Assembly (NCBI GenBank): GCA_035715585.1
Contig: DASTKX010000032.1
Span: 2,192 to 66,191 of the forward strand
Length of the DNA: 64,000 bases
From: Thermoleophilaceae bacterium
GTDB lineage: Bacteria; Actinomycetota; Thermoleophilia; Solirubrobacterales; Thermoleophilaceae
Reading direction: 5' to 3'
Shown here piece after piece: positions 1-9,485 of this stretch; position 1 is the first letter of the stretch, and every line of letters starts with the position of its first letter. The position numbers were made by a program, and so were the translations under genes. The notes under the pieces were generated by a model. That model saw nothing but the letters and a program-made list of their open reading frames with translations, made no database searches and had not been told where the DNA came from.

Positions 1-872
1 ATGTCGGCGATCACGCCGAGCGCGACGAACTGGACGGCGATGATCATCAGCGTCGATCCGAGGATCAGTGACTGGACGTGGCCCGAGCCCTCGCTGTTGA
101 AGAAGAACCAGAGGAAGCGCACCCAGATGATCGCCGCGGGGATCGCGACGATTCCAGCGGCGATCATGAAGACGCGCAGCGGCTCGTAGAGCGCGTAGAC
201 GCGGAAGATCGAGACGGCGTTGCGGCGCACGTACGAGGACATCGACGGGAACAGCCGCGACTCGCGCGTCTTCTCGTTGGTCCGGATCGGCACGTGGTCG
301 ACCGCGACCAGCACCTTGCCGGCCTGGATGATCGTCTCGAGTGTGTAGGTGAACTTCGAGATCACCTGCATCTGCAGCGCGGCCTCGCGGTTGTAGGCGC
401 GGAAGCCCGAGGTGGTGTCCGGCACGTTGGTCCCCGACGCCCGTCGTACGACGGCGCTGCCAAGCCGCTGCAGCCGCTTCTTCAGCGGCGAGAAGTGCTC
501 GATCGAGTCGGTCTCGCGGTCGCCGACGACCATGTCGGCGCGCCCTTCGATAATCGGCTCGACGAGCTTCGGGATGTCGCCGCCGAAGTACTGGTTGTCG
601 GCGTCGGTGTTGACGATCACGTCGGCGCCGAGCTTCAGGCAGGCGTCGAGCCCCGCCTGGAACCCGGCTGCCAGGCCCTTGTTGTTGGTCAGCCGCACCA
701 CGTGGTCGACGCCGTTCTCACGCGCGACCTCGACCGTCGCGTCGGTCGACCCGTCGTCGATGATCAGCCACTCGACCTCGTCGATGCCGGGAACCTCGCG
801 TGGCAGGTCGGCGAGCGTGCCGGGCAGCTGCTCGGCCTCGTTGAAGCACGGAATCTGAATGATCAGCTTCAT
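1..872 (-). CDS. Glycosyltransferase family 2, polyprenyl-phosphate sugar synthase-like (GtrB/DPM1 type); C-terminus cut by window edge
   Basis: Not in the ORF track because it runs off the window. My translation from the ATG at 872 reads MKLIIQIPCFNEAEQLPGTLADLP...WLIIDDGSTD...NTDADNQY...TSGFRAYNREA. Two hydrophobic C-terminal helices follow (VFMIAAGIVAIPAAIIWVRFLWFFF; LILGSTLMIIAVQFVALGVIAD). Confidence 0.85.
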   Translation of the reverse strand, partial: MKLIIQIPCFNEAEQLPGTLADLPREVPGIDEVEWLIIDDGSTDATVEVARENGVDHVVRLTNNKGLAAGFQAGLDACLKLGADVIVNTDADNQYFGGDIPKLVEPIIEGRADMVVGDRETDSIEHFSPLKKRLQRLGSAVVRRASGTNVPDTTSGFRAYNREAALQMQVISKFTYTLETIIQAGKVLVAVDHVPIRTNEKTRESRLFPSMSSYVRRNAVSIFRVYALYEPLRVFMIAAGIVAIPAAIIWVRFLWFFFNSEGSGHVQSLILGSTLMIIAVQFVALGVIAD

Positions 873-983
873 CTGGCAGGGGGAGGGTAGAGGGATCGGG
901 AGTCGAAGTGGTGTGGATCGGCGGGCAGCCCTTTGCTAGCCTGCCCCGTTCTCGCCGTACCCCTCTTCGACTGGAGCCGCCGA

Positions 984-1169
984 ATGCATCTTCTCGCATA
1001 CCTGGATCCCGGCAGCGGCAGCATGATCCTTCAGATCCTCGCCGGCGGCGTCGCCGCGATCGCTGTCACCGCCAAGCTGTACTGGAGCCGCCTGCTGAAG
1101 TTCCTCCACATCCGCAAGGACGAGGAGCCCACGCCTGAGGCGACCGAGCGCCAGGCCGACTCCGCCTGA
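984..1169 (+). CDS. Small single-pass membrane protein (61 aa), function unknown
   Basis: ATG at 984 inside ORF 933..1169 gives MHLLAYLDPGSGSMILQILAGGVAAIAVTAKLYWSRLL, followed by a charged tail. Divergent from the GT2 gene. Third codon positions are GC-rich. Confidence 0.5.
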   Translation: MHLLAYLDPGSGSMILQILAGGVAAIAVTAKLYWSRLLKFLHIRKDEEPTPEATERQADSA

Positions 1170-1173
1170 TCCG

Positions 1174-2649
1174 CTGTCCACTCCAACCGAGACATCCCCG
1201 CGTCCCACGGACGCGCAGCTAGAGGCCGGCTCCTTCCGCGACCCTGAGAGTCGGATCTTCTATTCCGGCGGCGACGTCTACCGCGCGCTGTCGCAGGACG
1301 GCCTCGACGACTTCAAGGCGCTCCAGGCCACGAAGCTGTTCGAGCGCTTCCAGGCCGACGGCCGCCTGGTCAAGACCGAGCTGCTGCCGAGCGCCGCCGA
1401 TGCTCCCGAGGGCCTGATCGTCGAGGGTTGCGCCGGCGTGCTCAAGCACGAGCGGATCCCGTTCGTCTCGTATCCGTACGAGTGGACGTTCTCGATGCTC
1501 AAGGACGCCGCGCTGCTGCAGCTCGACCTCAACCTCGCCGCGCTCGAGGAGGGGATGATCCTCAAGGACTCGACGCCCTACAACGTCCAGTTCGTCGGCG
1601 CCAAGCCGGTGTTCGTCGACGTCGGCTCGTTCGAGCGGCTGCGCGAGGGCGAGCCGTGGGTCGGCTACCGCCAGTTCTGCATGATGTACCTCTACCCGCT
1701 GTTGCTGCAGGCGGCGAAGGGGATCGAGTTCCACCCCTGGCTGCGCGGCTCGATCGGCGGCATCACCCCGGCCCAGATGCGCGGCATGGTCTCGTTCCGC
1801 GACCGCTTCCGCAAGGGCTTCTTCCTCAACGTCTTCATGCTCTCGAAGCTCGAGGCGCGCCACGCCGATCGCGGCAAGGAGGTCAAGGCCGAGGTCAAGC
1901 AGGCGGGCTTCAAGAAGGAGCTGATCGTCGCCAACGTGCGCCGGATGCGCAAGCTGGTCGCCGGCCTGAGCTGGGACCCGCCGAAGGGCGTCTGGGTCGG
2001 CTACGGCGAGCGCAACAGCTACTCCGACGTCGACGCCGAGCGCAAGGACGAGTTCGTGCGCGAGGTCGTCACATCGCAGCCTTGGAAGCTGACCTGGGAC
2101 ATCGGCGCCAACAACGGCCGCTACTCGCTGATCGCCGAGGAGGGCTCGGACTACGTGCTCGCCGTCGACGCCGACCAGGGCCCTGTCGAGCTGCTGCACC
2201 GCGACCTCCACAAGGAGGGCGACGAGAAGATCCTGACGCTGACGATGAACCTCGCCGACCCGTCGCCGAGTCTCGGCTGGCGCGGGCTCGAGCGCAAGGA
2301 CCTGCCTGCCCGCGGCAAGCCGGACCTCGTGCTGGCGCTGGCGCTGATCCACCACGTCACGATCGCCGCCAACGTCCCGGTCGCCGAGTTCGTCGACTGG
2401 CTCGCCGATCTCGGCACCTCGCTAGTAATCGAGTTCCCCACCCGCGAGGACCCGATGGTCAAGAAGCTGCTCGGCCCGAAGCGCGAGGGCCTGCACCCCG
2501 ACTACGAGCGCGTCAACTTCGAGCGCGTGCTCGCCGGCGCCTTCGACGTCGAGCGCCGTGAGCGCTCGAAGTCCGGCACCCGCCTGCTCTACTTCGCACG
2601 CCCCAAGGGCGCCGGCACACCGATCGACCTCACCGCCGCCGAGGGGTAA
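1174..2649 (+). CDS. Class I SAM-dependent methyltransferase (start codon unresolved)
   Basis: The ORF track starts at GTG 1438 and includes WDIGANNGRYSLIAEEGSDYVLAVDADQ, a SAM-binding-like motif. The frame is open back to 1099 and encodes LEAGSFRDPESRIFYSGGDVYRAL with coding-like codon usage. That stretch has no ATG/GTG/TTG; CTG at 1174 is the nearest candidate start. Confidence 0.7.
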   Translation: MSTPTETSPRPTDAQLEAGSFRDPESRIFYSGGDVYRALSQDGLDDFKALQATKLFERFQADGRLVKTELLPSAADAPEGLIVEGCAGVLKHERIPFVSYPYEWTFSMLKDAALLQLDLNLAALEEGMILKDSTPYNVQFVGAKPVFVDVGSFERLREGEPWVGYRQFCMMYLYPLLLQAAKGIEFHPWLRGSIGGITPAQMRGMVSFRDRFRKGFFLNVFMLSKLEARHADRGKEVKAEVKQAGFKKELIVANVRRMRKLVAGLSWDPPKGVWVGYGERNSYSDVDAERKDEFVREVVTSQPWKLTWDIGANNGRYSLIAEEGSDYVLAVDADQGPVELLHRDLHKEGDEKILTLTMNLADPSPSLGWRGLERKDLPARGKPDLVLALALIHHVTIAANVPVAEFVDWLADLGTSLVIEFPTREDPMVKKLLGPKREGLHPDYERVNFERVLAGAFDVERRERSKSGTRLLYFARPKGAGTPIDLTAAEG

Positions 2650-4850
2650 TGACCGACGCCGGGGTCGAGGGGGATCGTTCCCCGGGCGCGGTTCCCAAGC
2701 GAACGGGGGACGATCCCCCGCGACAGCCACCCGGCGTTCTGCTCTCGTTCCTCCACCTCGCGGTCCTCTCCGCCTTCGCGCTCGCCCAGCCGCTCTTCAA
2801 CCTGCTCTCCGACAACCCGGAGTTCTTCGCCGCGCGCGGCTCGACGGCGATGGACATCATCGTCTTCGCGGTCCTGCTGGTCGTCCTGCCACCGGCGGTC
2901 CTGCTGGCGATCGAGTTGTTGATCGGCCTCGCCGGACCGAAGGCCCGGCTCGGCGCCCACCTCGTGCTGATGGCGCTGCTGGCCGGGATCGTCTTCGTCC
3001 AGGCGCTCAAGGACGCGTTCGGCGCGAGCGACTTCGTGCTGATCGCGATCGCGCTGGCGCTCGGCGCCGGCGCCGCGGCGCTCTATGCCCGCGCCGAGCC
3101 GGTGCGTTCGTTCCTGACCGTTCTGAGTCCGGCGCCGCTGGTCTTCCTGATCCTCTTCCTGTTCATCTCGCCGGTCTCGAAGATCACGCTCGCCGACGAC
3201 GCCTCGGCGAAGTCGATCGACGGGATCGAGCCGATCCCCGTAGTGATGGTCGTCTTCGACGAGTTCCCGGGCATCTCGCTGCTCGACGCGAAGGGCGAGG
3301 TCGACCCGGTCCGCTATCCGGGCTTCGCGCAGCTCGCCAAGGACGGCGCCTGGTTCCCGAACGCCCACTCGATCTACGACTCGACGTCGAAGGCCGTGCC
3401 GGCGATCATGGACGGCGACTACCCCGAGAAGGGTGTCCTGCCGACCTCGTCCGAGCACCCGAACAGCATCTTCGCGCTGCTCGGCAAGAGCCACACGATG
3501 AATGTGTCCGAGGAGGCGACGACGGTCTGCCCGCGCGACCTCTGCGAGGACGCCCGCCTCGACGAGCCGTTCCTCGACCGGCTCGGGTCGATGACCGAGG
3601 ACGTCGGGCTCGTCTACGCCCACGTCGTCGCTCCGCCGGACATCGAGGCGGATCTGCCGTCGGTCTCCGAGACCTGGGGAGAGTTCGGCGGCGAGGGCAG
3701 CGGCCACGGCGAGATCTCGGGTGACGTCAGTGTCAGCGACGATGAGCCGACCGCAAAGGAAGGCAAGCAGGCGACGCTTGCCGCGCTGAAGTCCGATCGC
3801 AACGAGAAGTTCGACGCGTGGATCTCCGCGATCCAGAAACGCCCACGGCCGTCGCTGAACTTCAAGCACGCGCTGCTGCCGCACGTCCCCTGGAAGTACC
3901 TGCCGACCGGCCAGCAGTACAACACCGCCGCCGGCGACCCGATCCCCGGCCTGTCGCGCCAGAGCTACCCGGACGCGACGCAGGTCGAGCAGCTCCAGAT
4001 GCGCCACCTGCTCCAGCTCGGCTACGCGGACCTGAAGATCCAGCAGCTGATCGCCCACCTGAAGAAGATCGGCATCTACGACGAGGCGCTCGTCGTAGTG
4101 ACGGCTGACCATGGCGTCGCCTTCCAGCAGGGCCTGTTCGACCGCCGCAAGGCGAAGCCGGCCACGCTCGCCGAGATCTCGCCGGTGCCGCTGTTCATCA
4201 AGCTGCCCGGCCAGAAGCGTGGCCGCGTGAACCCCGCGATCGTCGAGACGACCGACATCGTCCCAACGATCTCCGACGTGCTGAACATCGACGTGCCCGA
4301 CGAGACTGACGGCAAGTCGGCTTTCAGCGCCGCCGTCGCCAAGCGCGACGAGGTCAAGATGCTGCCGCGCGACTTCTCCGACTGGATGCGCGTCGACGGC
4401 GACGCGTTCGCGGCCGAGAAGCAGAAGCTGATCGACCGCAAGATCGCGCTGTTCGGCTCCGGCGCCGACGGTCCCGACCGCATCTACCGTGTCGGCCCGA
4501 ACCAGGAGCTGGTCGGCAAGTCGGTGGCCTCTCTTCCGACGGGCGGCGCCAGCGACGCGAAGGTGGCGCTCACCGACCCGGGCGCTTACGACGACGTCGA
4601 CCTCAACGGCCCGGTACTGCCGGTATGGGTCACCGGCAAGGTCTCCGGGTCGGATGACCGCGTCGATGTCGCAATCGCCGTCAACGGCGTCGTACGGGCC
4701 GTCTCGAACACATTCAAGCTGGCTACCGGAGGCGACGAGCTGATCGCCGCGATGATCCCGCCGAGATCGCTGCGCGACGGCCGCAACACCGTCGAGGTCT
4801 ACGAGGTCACCGACAGTGGCGCCCCCGCCCTCATGGGCGGCACGGACTAA
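2649..4850 (+). CDS. Membrane-anchored alkaline-phosphatase/sulfatase-fold protein (LtaS / phosphotransferase-like)
   Basis: ORF 2649..4850 (733 aa). Several N-terminal hydrophobic helices are followed by an AP-superfamily core (VVMVVFDEFPG, VVVTADHGVAF) and an extra C-terminal domain of about 200 aa. The ATG overlaps the upstream stop (TAATG). Confidence 0.8.
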   Translation: MTDAGVEGDRSPGAVPKRTGDDPPRQPPGVLLSFLHLAVLSAFALAQPLFNLLSDNPEFFAARGSTAMDIIVFAVLLVVLPPAVLLAIELLIGLAGPKARLGAHLVLMALLAGIVFVQALKDAFGASDFVLIAIALALGAGAAALYARAEPVRSFLTVLSPAPLVFLILFLFISPVSKITLADDASAKSIDGIEPIPVVMVVFDEFPGISLLDAKGEVDPVRYPGFAQLAKDGAWFPNAHSIYDSTSKAVPAIMDGDYPEKGVLPTSSEHPNSIFALLGKSHTMNVSEEATTVCPRDLCEDARLDEPFLDRLGSMTEDVGLVYAHVVAPPDIEADLPSVSETWGEFGGEGSGHGEISGDVSVSDDEPTAKEGKQATLAALKSDRNEKFDAWISAIQKRPRPSLNFKHALLPHVPWKYLPTGQQYNTAAGDPIPGLSRQSYPDATQVEQLQMRHLLQLGYADLKIQQLIAHLKKIGIYDEALVVVTADHGVAFQQGLFDRRKAKPATLAEISPVPLFIKLPGQKRGRVNPAIVETTDIVPTISDVLNIDVPDETDGKSAFSAAVAKRDEVKMLPRDFSDWMRVDGDAFAAEKQKLIDRKIALFGSGADGPDRIYRVGPNQELVGKSVASLPTGGASDAKVALTDPGAYDDVDLNGPVLPVWVTGKVSGSDDRVDVAIAVNGVVRAVSNTFKLATGGDELIAAMIPPRSLRDGRNTVEVYEVTDSGAPALMGGTD

Positions 4851-4856
4851 CCCGAC

Positions 4857-6416
4857 TCAGGGCGTCGGATCGACGAAGCCGGAGCGCTCGCGGGCTGCCG
4901 TGAGCTGCGCCTGCAGCTTCTCGTCGTCGTAGTACGGCAGCGGCTTGCCGCCGGTCGCCTCGATCACCTGCTGGTACAGCTCCTCCGCGATGCGCCGGTT
5001 CGCGCGGCTCGTCTCGGCGACGTTGCGGAACTCGCCCGGGTCGAGCGTCAGATCGAACAGCTGGCGGTTGCCGCCGAGGTTGTCGCCGAGCAGCACCCAC
5101 TGGTCGGTGCGGATGAAGTAGCGGTTGTACATCCCGCCGTAGTGGTACTCGCGCCGTGCGGGCTGCTCGCCCTCGGTGTCGAGCAGCAGCGACAGGTCCT
5201 GGCCCTCCATCCAGCTCGGCTCGTCGATGCCCAGCATCGAGAGCACGGTCGGTGCGACGTCGTGCGTCGAGGCGAAGTGTTCGCTGCTCTCGCCGGCGCG
5301 CTTGCCGGACGGGTGGACGATCGCGAACGGAACCTGCGCCATCTCGGGGTGCAGCTCGCCGGGAATCTTGCCGACCCAGCCGCGCTCGCCGAGCAGCATG
5401 CCGTGGTCGGAGATCAGGACGATCGCCGTGTTGTCGGACAGGCCGAGCTCGTCGAAGCGGTCGAGGAAGGTCCCGAGCCAGCGGTCGGTCATCGTCACGG
5501 CCGCGGCGTAGTCGGCGTGGGCGCGGCGCAGCTCGTCCTTGGACAGGTAGCCGGACGGGCCGTAGTCGACGGTGCCGATCTCCGGGCCCTCGTACTCGGG
5601 ATCGCCGTAGAGGTCGATGTACTCCTTCGGCGGGCTCCACGGCTCGTGCGGGTCGAAGCAGTCGACGACGAGCGCGAACTTGTCGCCGCTGCGCGCCGCG
5701 GCGGCGAGCTGGTTGCCGGCCTCGCCGAAGACGCGCGCGGCGTCGCTCTCGGTGTCGTCCTTGCCGTAGCCGGTGTTGGCGAGGTTCTTCTTCATCCCCT
5801 CGACGTAGCGCTCGTTCTCCTGCAGCGCCTTCGGCAGCCAGCGGCGCACCATGGCGTCGGAGACGGTGCTCGGGTCGTTGCGCGTGCCGGTGCGGCCCTC
5901 GATCGAGACGAACGTGTCCCAGGCGAGGCGGAATGGCCGGTAGGTCTGGGTGAACCCGGTGTGCGGGTTGTCGGTCACCTGGATCGTCCGGTAGCCGGCG
6001 TCCTTGAGCGCCTTCATCAGCGTCCGGTCGAGGTTGTCGATCGCCGTCCAGCCAGGGCTGATGCCGAGATCGGCGATCGGCTTGAAGTCGCGGTACGGGA
6101 AGATCCGTTGGCCGGTGAAGATCGACCGCCGCGCCGGCACGGTGACCATCGCCTCCGGGAAGGCGCGATTGAAGCGCAGCCCCTTTGCGATCAGCGCGTC
6201 GAAGTTCGGCGTGCGCGCACGCGGCGAGCCGTAGGCGCCGAGGAAGTCTGGCCGCAGGCTGTCGATGACGATCACGACGACGTTCTCCGGCTCGCCGTCG
6301 TTGTCGTCGCCGATCGCGCAGCCGGCCGCGAGCGGGAGGGCGGCCCCGGCGCCGGCGACGCCGGCGGCCTGCAGCAACCGGCGGCGGCTCAGCCGCGGCC
6401 CGCTGCTACTGGTCAT
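4857..6416 (-). CDS. Exported sulfatase-fold (alkaline phosphatase superfamily) lipoprotein
   Basis: ATG at 6416 inside ORF 4857..6758. MTSSSGPRLSRRRLLQAAGVAGAGAALPLAAGC is a twin-arginine signal plus lipobox Cys. Core motifs: VVVIVIDSLRPDFLGAYG, TPNFDAL, LISDHGMLLGE. The signature position reads T-V-P-A-R-R-S-I-F-T-G. Confidence 0.85.
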   Translation of the reverse strand: MTSSSGPRLSRRRLLQAAGVAGAGAALPLAAGCAIGDDNDGEPENVVVIVIDSLRPDFLGAYGSPRARTPNFDALIAKGLRFNRAFPEAMVTVPARRSIFTGQRIFPYRDFKPIADLGISPGWTAIDNLDRTLMKALKDAGYRTIQVTDNPHTGFTQTYRPFRLAWDTFVSIEGRTGTRNDPSTVSDAMVRRWLPKALQENERYVEGMKKNLANTGYGKDDTESDAARVFGEAGNQLAAAARSGDKFALVVDCFDPHEPWSPPKEYIDLYGDPEYEGPEIGTVDYGPSGYLSKDELRRAHADYAAAVTMTDRWLGTFLDRFDELGLSDNTAIVLISDHGMLLGERGWVGKIPGELHPEMAQVPFAIVHPSGKRAGESSEHFASTHDVAPTVLSMLGIDEPSWMEGQDLSLLLDTEGEQPARREYHYGGMYNRYFIRTDQWVLLGDNLGGNRQLFDLTLDPGEFRNVAETSRANRRIAEELYQQVIEATGGKPLPYYDDEKLQAQLTAARERSGFVDPTP

Positions 6417-6870
6417 TGAGGCAGTCCTCGATCTCGACCAGGGTCTCCTCGGGCAGCTCGCGCACGTAGAAGAGCGCGGCGCCGATCTGCTCCGCGCCCT
6501 CGCCCTTGCCCTCGAACTGCGCTCCCTCGGCCTCGAGCGAGGACTGGAAGAAGTCGATCCGAGAAACTTCCTTGCCACCTGTGCCCCCGGAGGGGGTATC
6601 GGCGCCGATGGCGATCCCCTTGTCGCCGATCTCCTCCGCCTCGATTCCCTTCTCGTCCCGGATGCACGCGAGCGCCGCGCCGCGCTTGTCCTCGGGCGCC
6701 AGAGTGGTGGCGGGGCCGGGGGCCGGCGCGGTCTCGCCGGGCGCCGTGATCGCGACACTGGTGTCGCCGGCGGGCTTCTGCTGGCTCGAGGGGGGGCCGT
6801 CGTCGCCGCCGCAGCCGGGAGCCACGACGAGCGCGCAGAGGGCCGCGAGGAGGGTCGCGCGGGTCGTCAT
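6406..6870 (-). CDS. Lipoprotein, function unknown
   Basis: ATG at 6870 inside ORF 6406..7002. MTTRATLLAALCALVVAPGCGG is a lipobox. A Pro/Gly-rich linker is followed by an acidic domain. The 3' end overlaps the downstream sulfatase-fold gene start by 11 nt. Confidence 0.6.
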   Translation of the reverse strand: MTTRATLLAALCALVVAPGCGGDDGPPSSQQKPAGDTSVAITAPGETAPAPGPATTLAPEDKRGAALACIRDEKGIEAEEIGDKGIAIGADTPSGGTGGKEVSRIDFFQSSLEAEGAQFEGKGEGAEQIGAALFYVRELPEETLVEIEDCLNDQ

Positions 6871-6994
6871 CGACGGCGCAGAGTAGTGAATTCGGCGGCG
6901 GTGCCTGCTACCTTGACGCCTCTTGACGAGGCCGATGGCTCCGTCAAGCCTGTCCAGTGCAGCCGTTTCGCTGTGCGAAGCCGCACCTCGTCCG

Positions 6995-7954
6995 ATGAAC
7001 AAACGCTTCGCGCTATTCCAGGTTCTCTTCTCTGTCGTCGCGCTCGCCGCGGTGATCTGGTGGGCATCCCATCAGGACGCTCCGGAGATCCCGTCGGGCA
7101 CCGACGCGATCGCCTGGCTGGTGCTCGCGCTCGCGCTCTATGCGTTCGCGACCGTCGTCCGCGCCGAGCGCTGGCACGCCATTCTCAAGGAGAGCCAGAT
7201 CGACACGAAGCGCGCCGACTGCTACGGCCTCTCGGTCGTCGGCTACATGGGCAACAACGTGCTGCCGGCGCGCGCGGGTGAGGCGCTGCGTGTCGTCCTG
7301 CTCGACGGCAAGACCGACGCCGGCAAGCGCAAGATCCTCGGCACGATCGTCGTCGAGCGGCTGCTCGATCTGATCGCGCTGATGGTGATCTTCGTCCTGA
7401 CCGTCTACCTCGTTCTCGAGGGCGACGTCGTGCCGACCGACGAGCCGCTGCTGATCGCCGGCATTTGCCTCTCGGCGCTTGCGGTGGGGATCGCCACGCT
7501 CTGGATGATCCATCGCCGTGGCGGGCTGCACCGTCTGCGTGAGCTCCTCCGGCCGCTGATGCACGCGCCGCGCGCGCTGCTTAACCGTCAGGGCCTGATG
7601 CTGCTGATCGTGACCTTCGCGTTGTGGGCGATCGAGGGCGCTGTCTATCTCGCCGTCGCCCGCGCGATCGACATGCACATCAGTACGTCGGGCGCGTTGT
7701 ATCTGGTGGCGCTGACCAACTTCGTCGCGGCGCTGCCGGCGGCGCCGGGCTCGATCGGCACCTTCGACGCGGCCGTCGCCTTCGGCGCCAAGGCGCTCGG
7801 GGCCTCGGGCTCGGCCGCCGTCACCTACGTGCTGCTGCTGCGCTTCATCATCTACGTGCCGATCACGATCGTCGGGCTGATCGTGCTCGTGACCCGCTAT
7901 GGCGGCTGGGCGCGCTTGCGTCAGGCCACCCACCTCGAGACCAGCAGCGTCTGA
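6995..7954 (+). CDS. UPF0104 / lysyl-phosphatidylglycerol-synthase-TM-like (flippase-like) integral membrane protein
   Basis: ATG at 6995 inside ORF 6923..7954 (MNKRFALFQVLFSVVALAAVIWW). About 8 hydrophobic segments. RAERWH and GNNVLPARAGEALRV blocks are typical of this family as I recall it. Confidence 0.7.
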   Translation: MNKRFALFQVLFSVVALAAVIWWASHQDAPEIPSGTDAIAWLVLALALYAFATVVRAERWHAILKESQIDTKRADCYGLSVVGYMGNNVLPARAGEALRVVLLDGKTDAGKRKILGTIVVERLLDLIALMVIFVLTVYLVLEGDVVPTDEPLLIAGICLSALAVGIATLWMIHRRGGLHRLRELLRPLMHAPRALLNRQGLMLLIVTFALWAIEGAVYLAVARAIDMHISTSGALYLVALTNFVAALPAAPGSIGTFDAAVAFGAKALGASGSAAVTYVLLLRFIIYVPITIVGLIVLVTRYGGWARLRQATHLETSSV

Positions 7955-7956
7955 CC

Positions 7957-9471
7957 GTGCCCGAAGAACGCTCGTCGCCGGTGGCCCCGGTACTGATCGC
8001 CTGCCTGGCGCTCGCCGCCCTCAGCCTGATCTTCCCGTCGACGCCGACCTATGACCCGTGGGCCTGGATCATGTGGGGGCGCGAGATCGCCCAGTTCGAC
8101 CTCGTCACCACTGGCGGGCCGTCGTGGAAGCCGCTGCCGGTGCTCTTCACGACGCCCTTCTCGCTCTTCGGCGCCGACGTGGCGCCGTACCTCTGGCTCT
8201 GGATCGCTCGCGCCGGCGGCCTCCTCGCTCTGGCGATGGCCTTCCGCCTGGCCCGCCGGCTCGTCGGCAAGGGTCCCGCCGGTTGGGTCGCCGGGATCTT
8301 CGCCGCGGCGTTCCTGGCGACGACCTACGAGTACGTCCGCGACGCCGCGCTAGGCAACTCCGAGGCGCTGCTCGCCGGGCTCGGGCTGTGGGCGGTCGAG
8401 CGCCATCTCGACGGCCGCCGCGACCACGCGCTCTACCTCGGCTTCGCCGCCGCGCTGCTGCGGCCCGAGGTCTGGCCGTTCCTCGGCCTGTACGGCGTCT
8501 GGCTCTGGTTCAAGGACCCGCAGCTGCGGCTGCGGATGGCGATCCTCGCCGCGGCGATCCCACTGCTCTGGTTCGGTCCCGAGCTGTGGGGCTCCGGCGA
8601 CGCGCTGCGCGCCTCGAGTCGCGCCAACAACCCCAATCCGGGCAGCGCCGCCTTTGCCGAGCACCCCGGCCTCGAAGTCGTCGAGCGTTTCCATCAGCGA
8701 ACCGTCTGGGCGCTCGAGGCCGCCGGACTGATCGGGCTGCTGACCGCCGCGGTCGCCTGGTTCCGCGACCGCCGTCAAGGGGCGATCCTCTTCATCGGCG
8801 GCATCGGGCTCGGCTGGGTGCTGCTCGTCGGCGCGATGACCGAGGGCGGCTACGCCGGCAACCAGCGCTACCTGATCGTCACGACCGCCGCGCTCTGCGT
8901 GCTCGGCGGGATCGGCGTCGCGCGCGTCTTCCAGGGGATCGAGCTCGCCGTCGAGCGGATCGGCGGCAGCGCTCGCACCGGGCTCGTGACGGCGTGCGCC
9001 GTCTTCGCGCTCGGGCTCGTCGTCGGCTGGCCGGTCGTCCGCGACAAGGCCGACAACATCGACGCGACGCTCGACGAGCTGCGCTACGAGGCGAGCCTCT
9101 TCCACACGCTCGACGACGCGGTCGAGCGCGCCGGCGGCCGTGACCGGCTGCTCGCCTGCGGCGCCGTCTACAGCGGACCGTTCCAGACTCAGATGATCGC
9201 CTACGAGCTCGGCGTCCACGGGCTCGACGTGCGCGCGCTGGAGGGCACGACACCGCCCGGCGTCGCCTTCCGCACCCACACGATCCCCAACGGCCCGCTG
9301 GTGATCAAGGTGACCGACCCGCGCTTCCGCCAGGTCGCCGCCGACGGGCGCTGGCTGGTCTGGACGGCGCCGCGCGCCGATGCGGCTGGGCGCGACTGCC
9401 CGACCGGCGGTCCCGACGCCCCGCGCGTTGTGCCAGGTGACCGCACCCCCGAGCTGGCGTCGTCGCGCTGA
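7957..9471 (+). CDS. Polytopic membrane protein, GT-C-fold glycosyltransferase-like
   Basis: In-frame GTG at 7957, immediately after the upstream stop (inside ORF 7624..9471). At least 10 hydrophobic helices. First loop is TYDPWAWIMWGREI. Soluble C-terminal region. Confidence 0.6.
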   Translation: MPEERSSPVAPVLIACLALAALSLIFPSTPTYDPWAWIMWGREIAQFDLVTTGGPSWKPLPVLFTTPFSLFGADVAPYLWLWIARAGGLLALAMAFRLARRLVGKGPAGWVAGIFAAAFLATTYEYVRDAALGNSEALLAGLGLWAVERHLDGRRDHALYLGFAAALLRPEVWPFLGLYGVWLWFKDPQLRLRMAILAAAIPLLWFGPELWGSGDALRASSRANNPNPGSAAFAEHPGLEVVERFHQRTVWALEAAGLIGLLTAAVAWFRDRRQGAILFIGGIGLGWVLLVGAMTEGGYAGNQRYLIVTTAALCVLGGIGVARVFQGIELAVERIGGSARTGLVTACAVFALGLVVGWPVVRDKADNIDATLDELRYEASLFHTLDDAVERAGGRDRLLACGAVYSGPFQTQMIAYELGVHGLDVRALEGTTPPGVAFRTHTIPNGPLVIKVTDPRFRQVAADGRWLVWTAPRADAAGRDCPTGGPDAPRVVPGDRTPELASSR

Positions 9472-9485
9472 CTAGGCTTCTCGCG

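Noticed and set aside
2589-4112. 507-aa minus-strand ORF and several overlapping plus-frame ORFs (for example 2558..3724)
   Set aside because: Antisense or alternative frames of the AP-fold membrane protein gene. They are Arg/Asp/Gly-rich with no recognisable domains.
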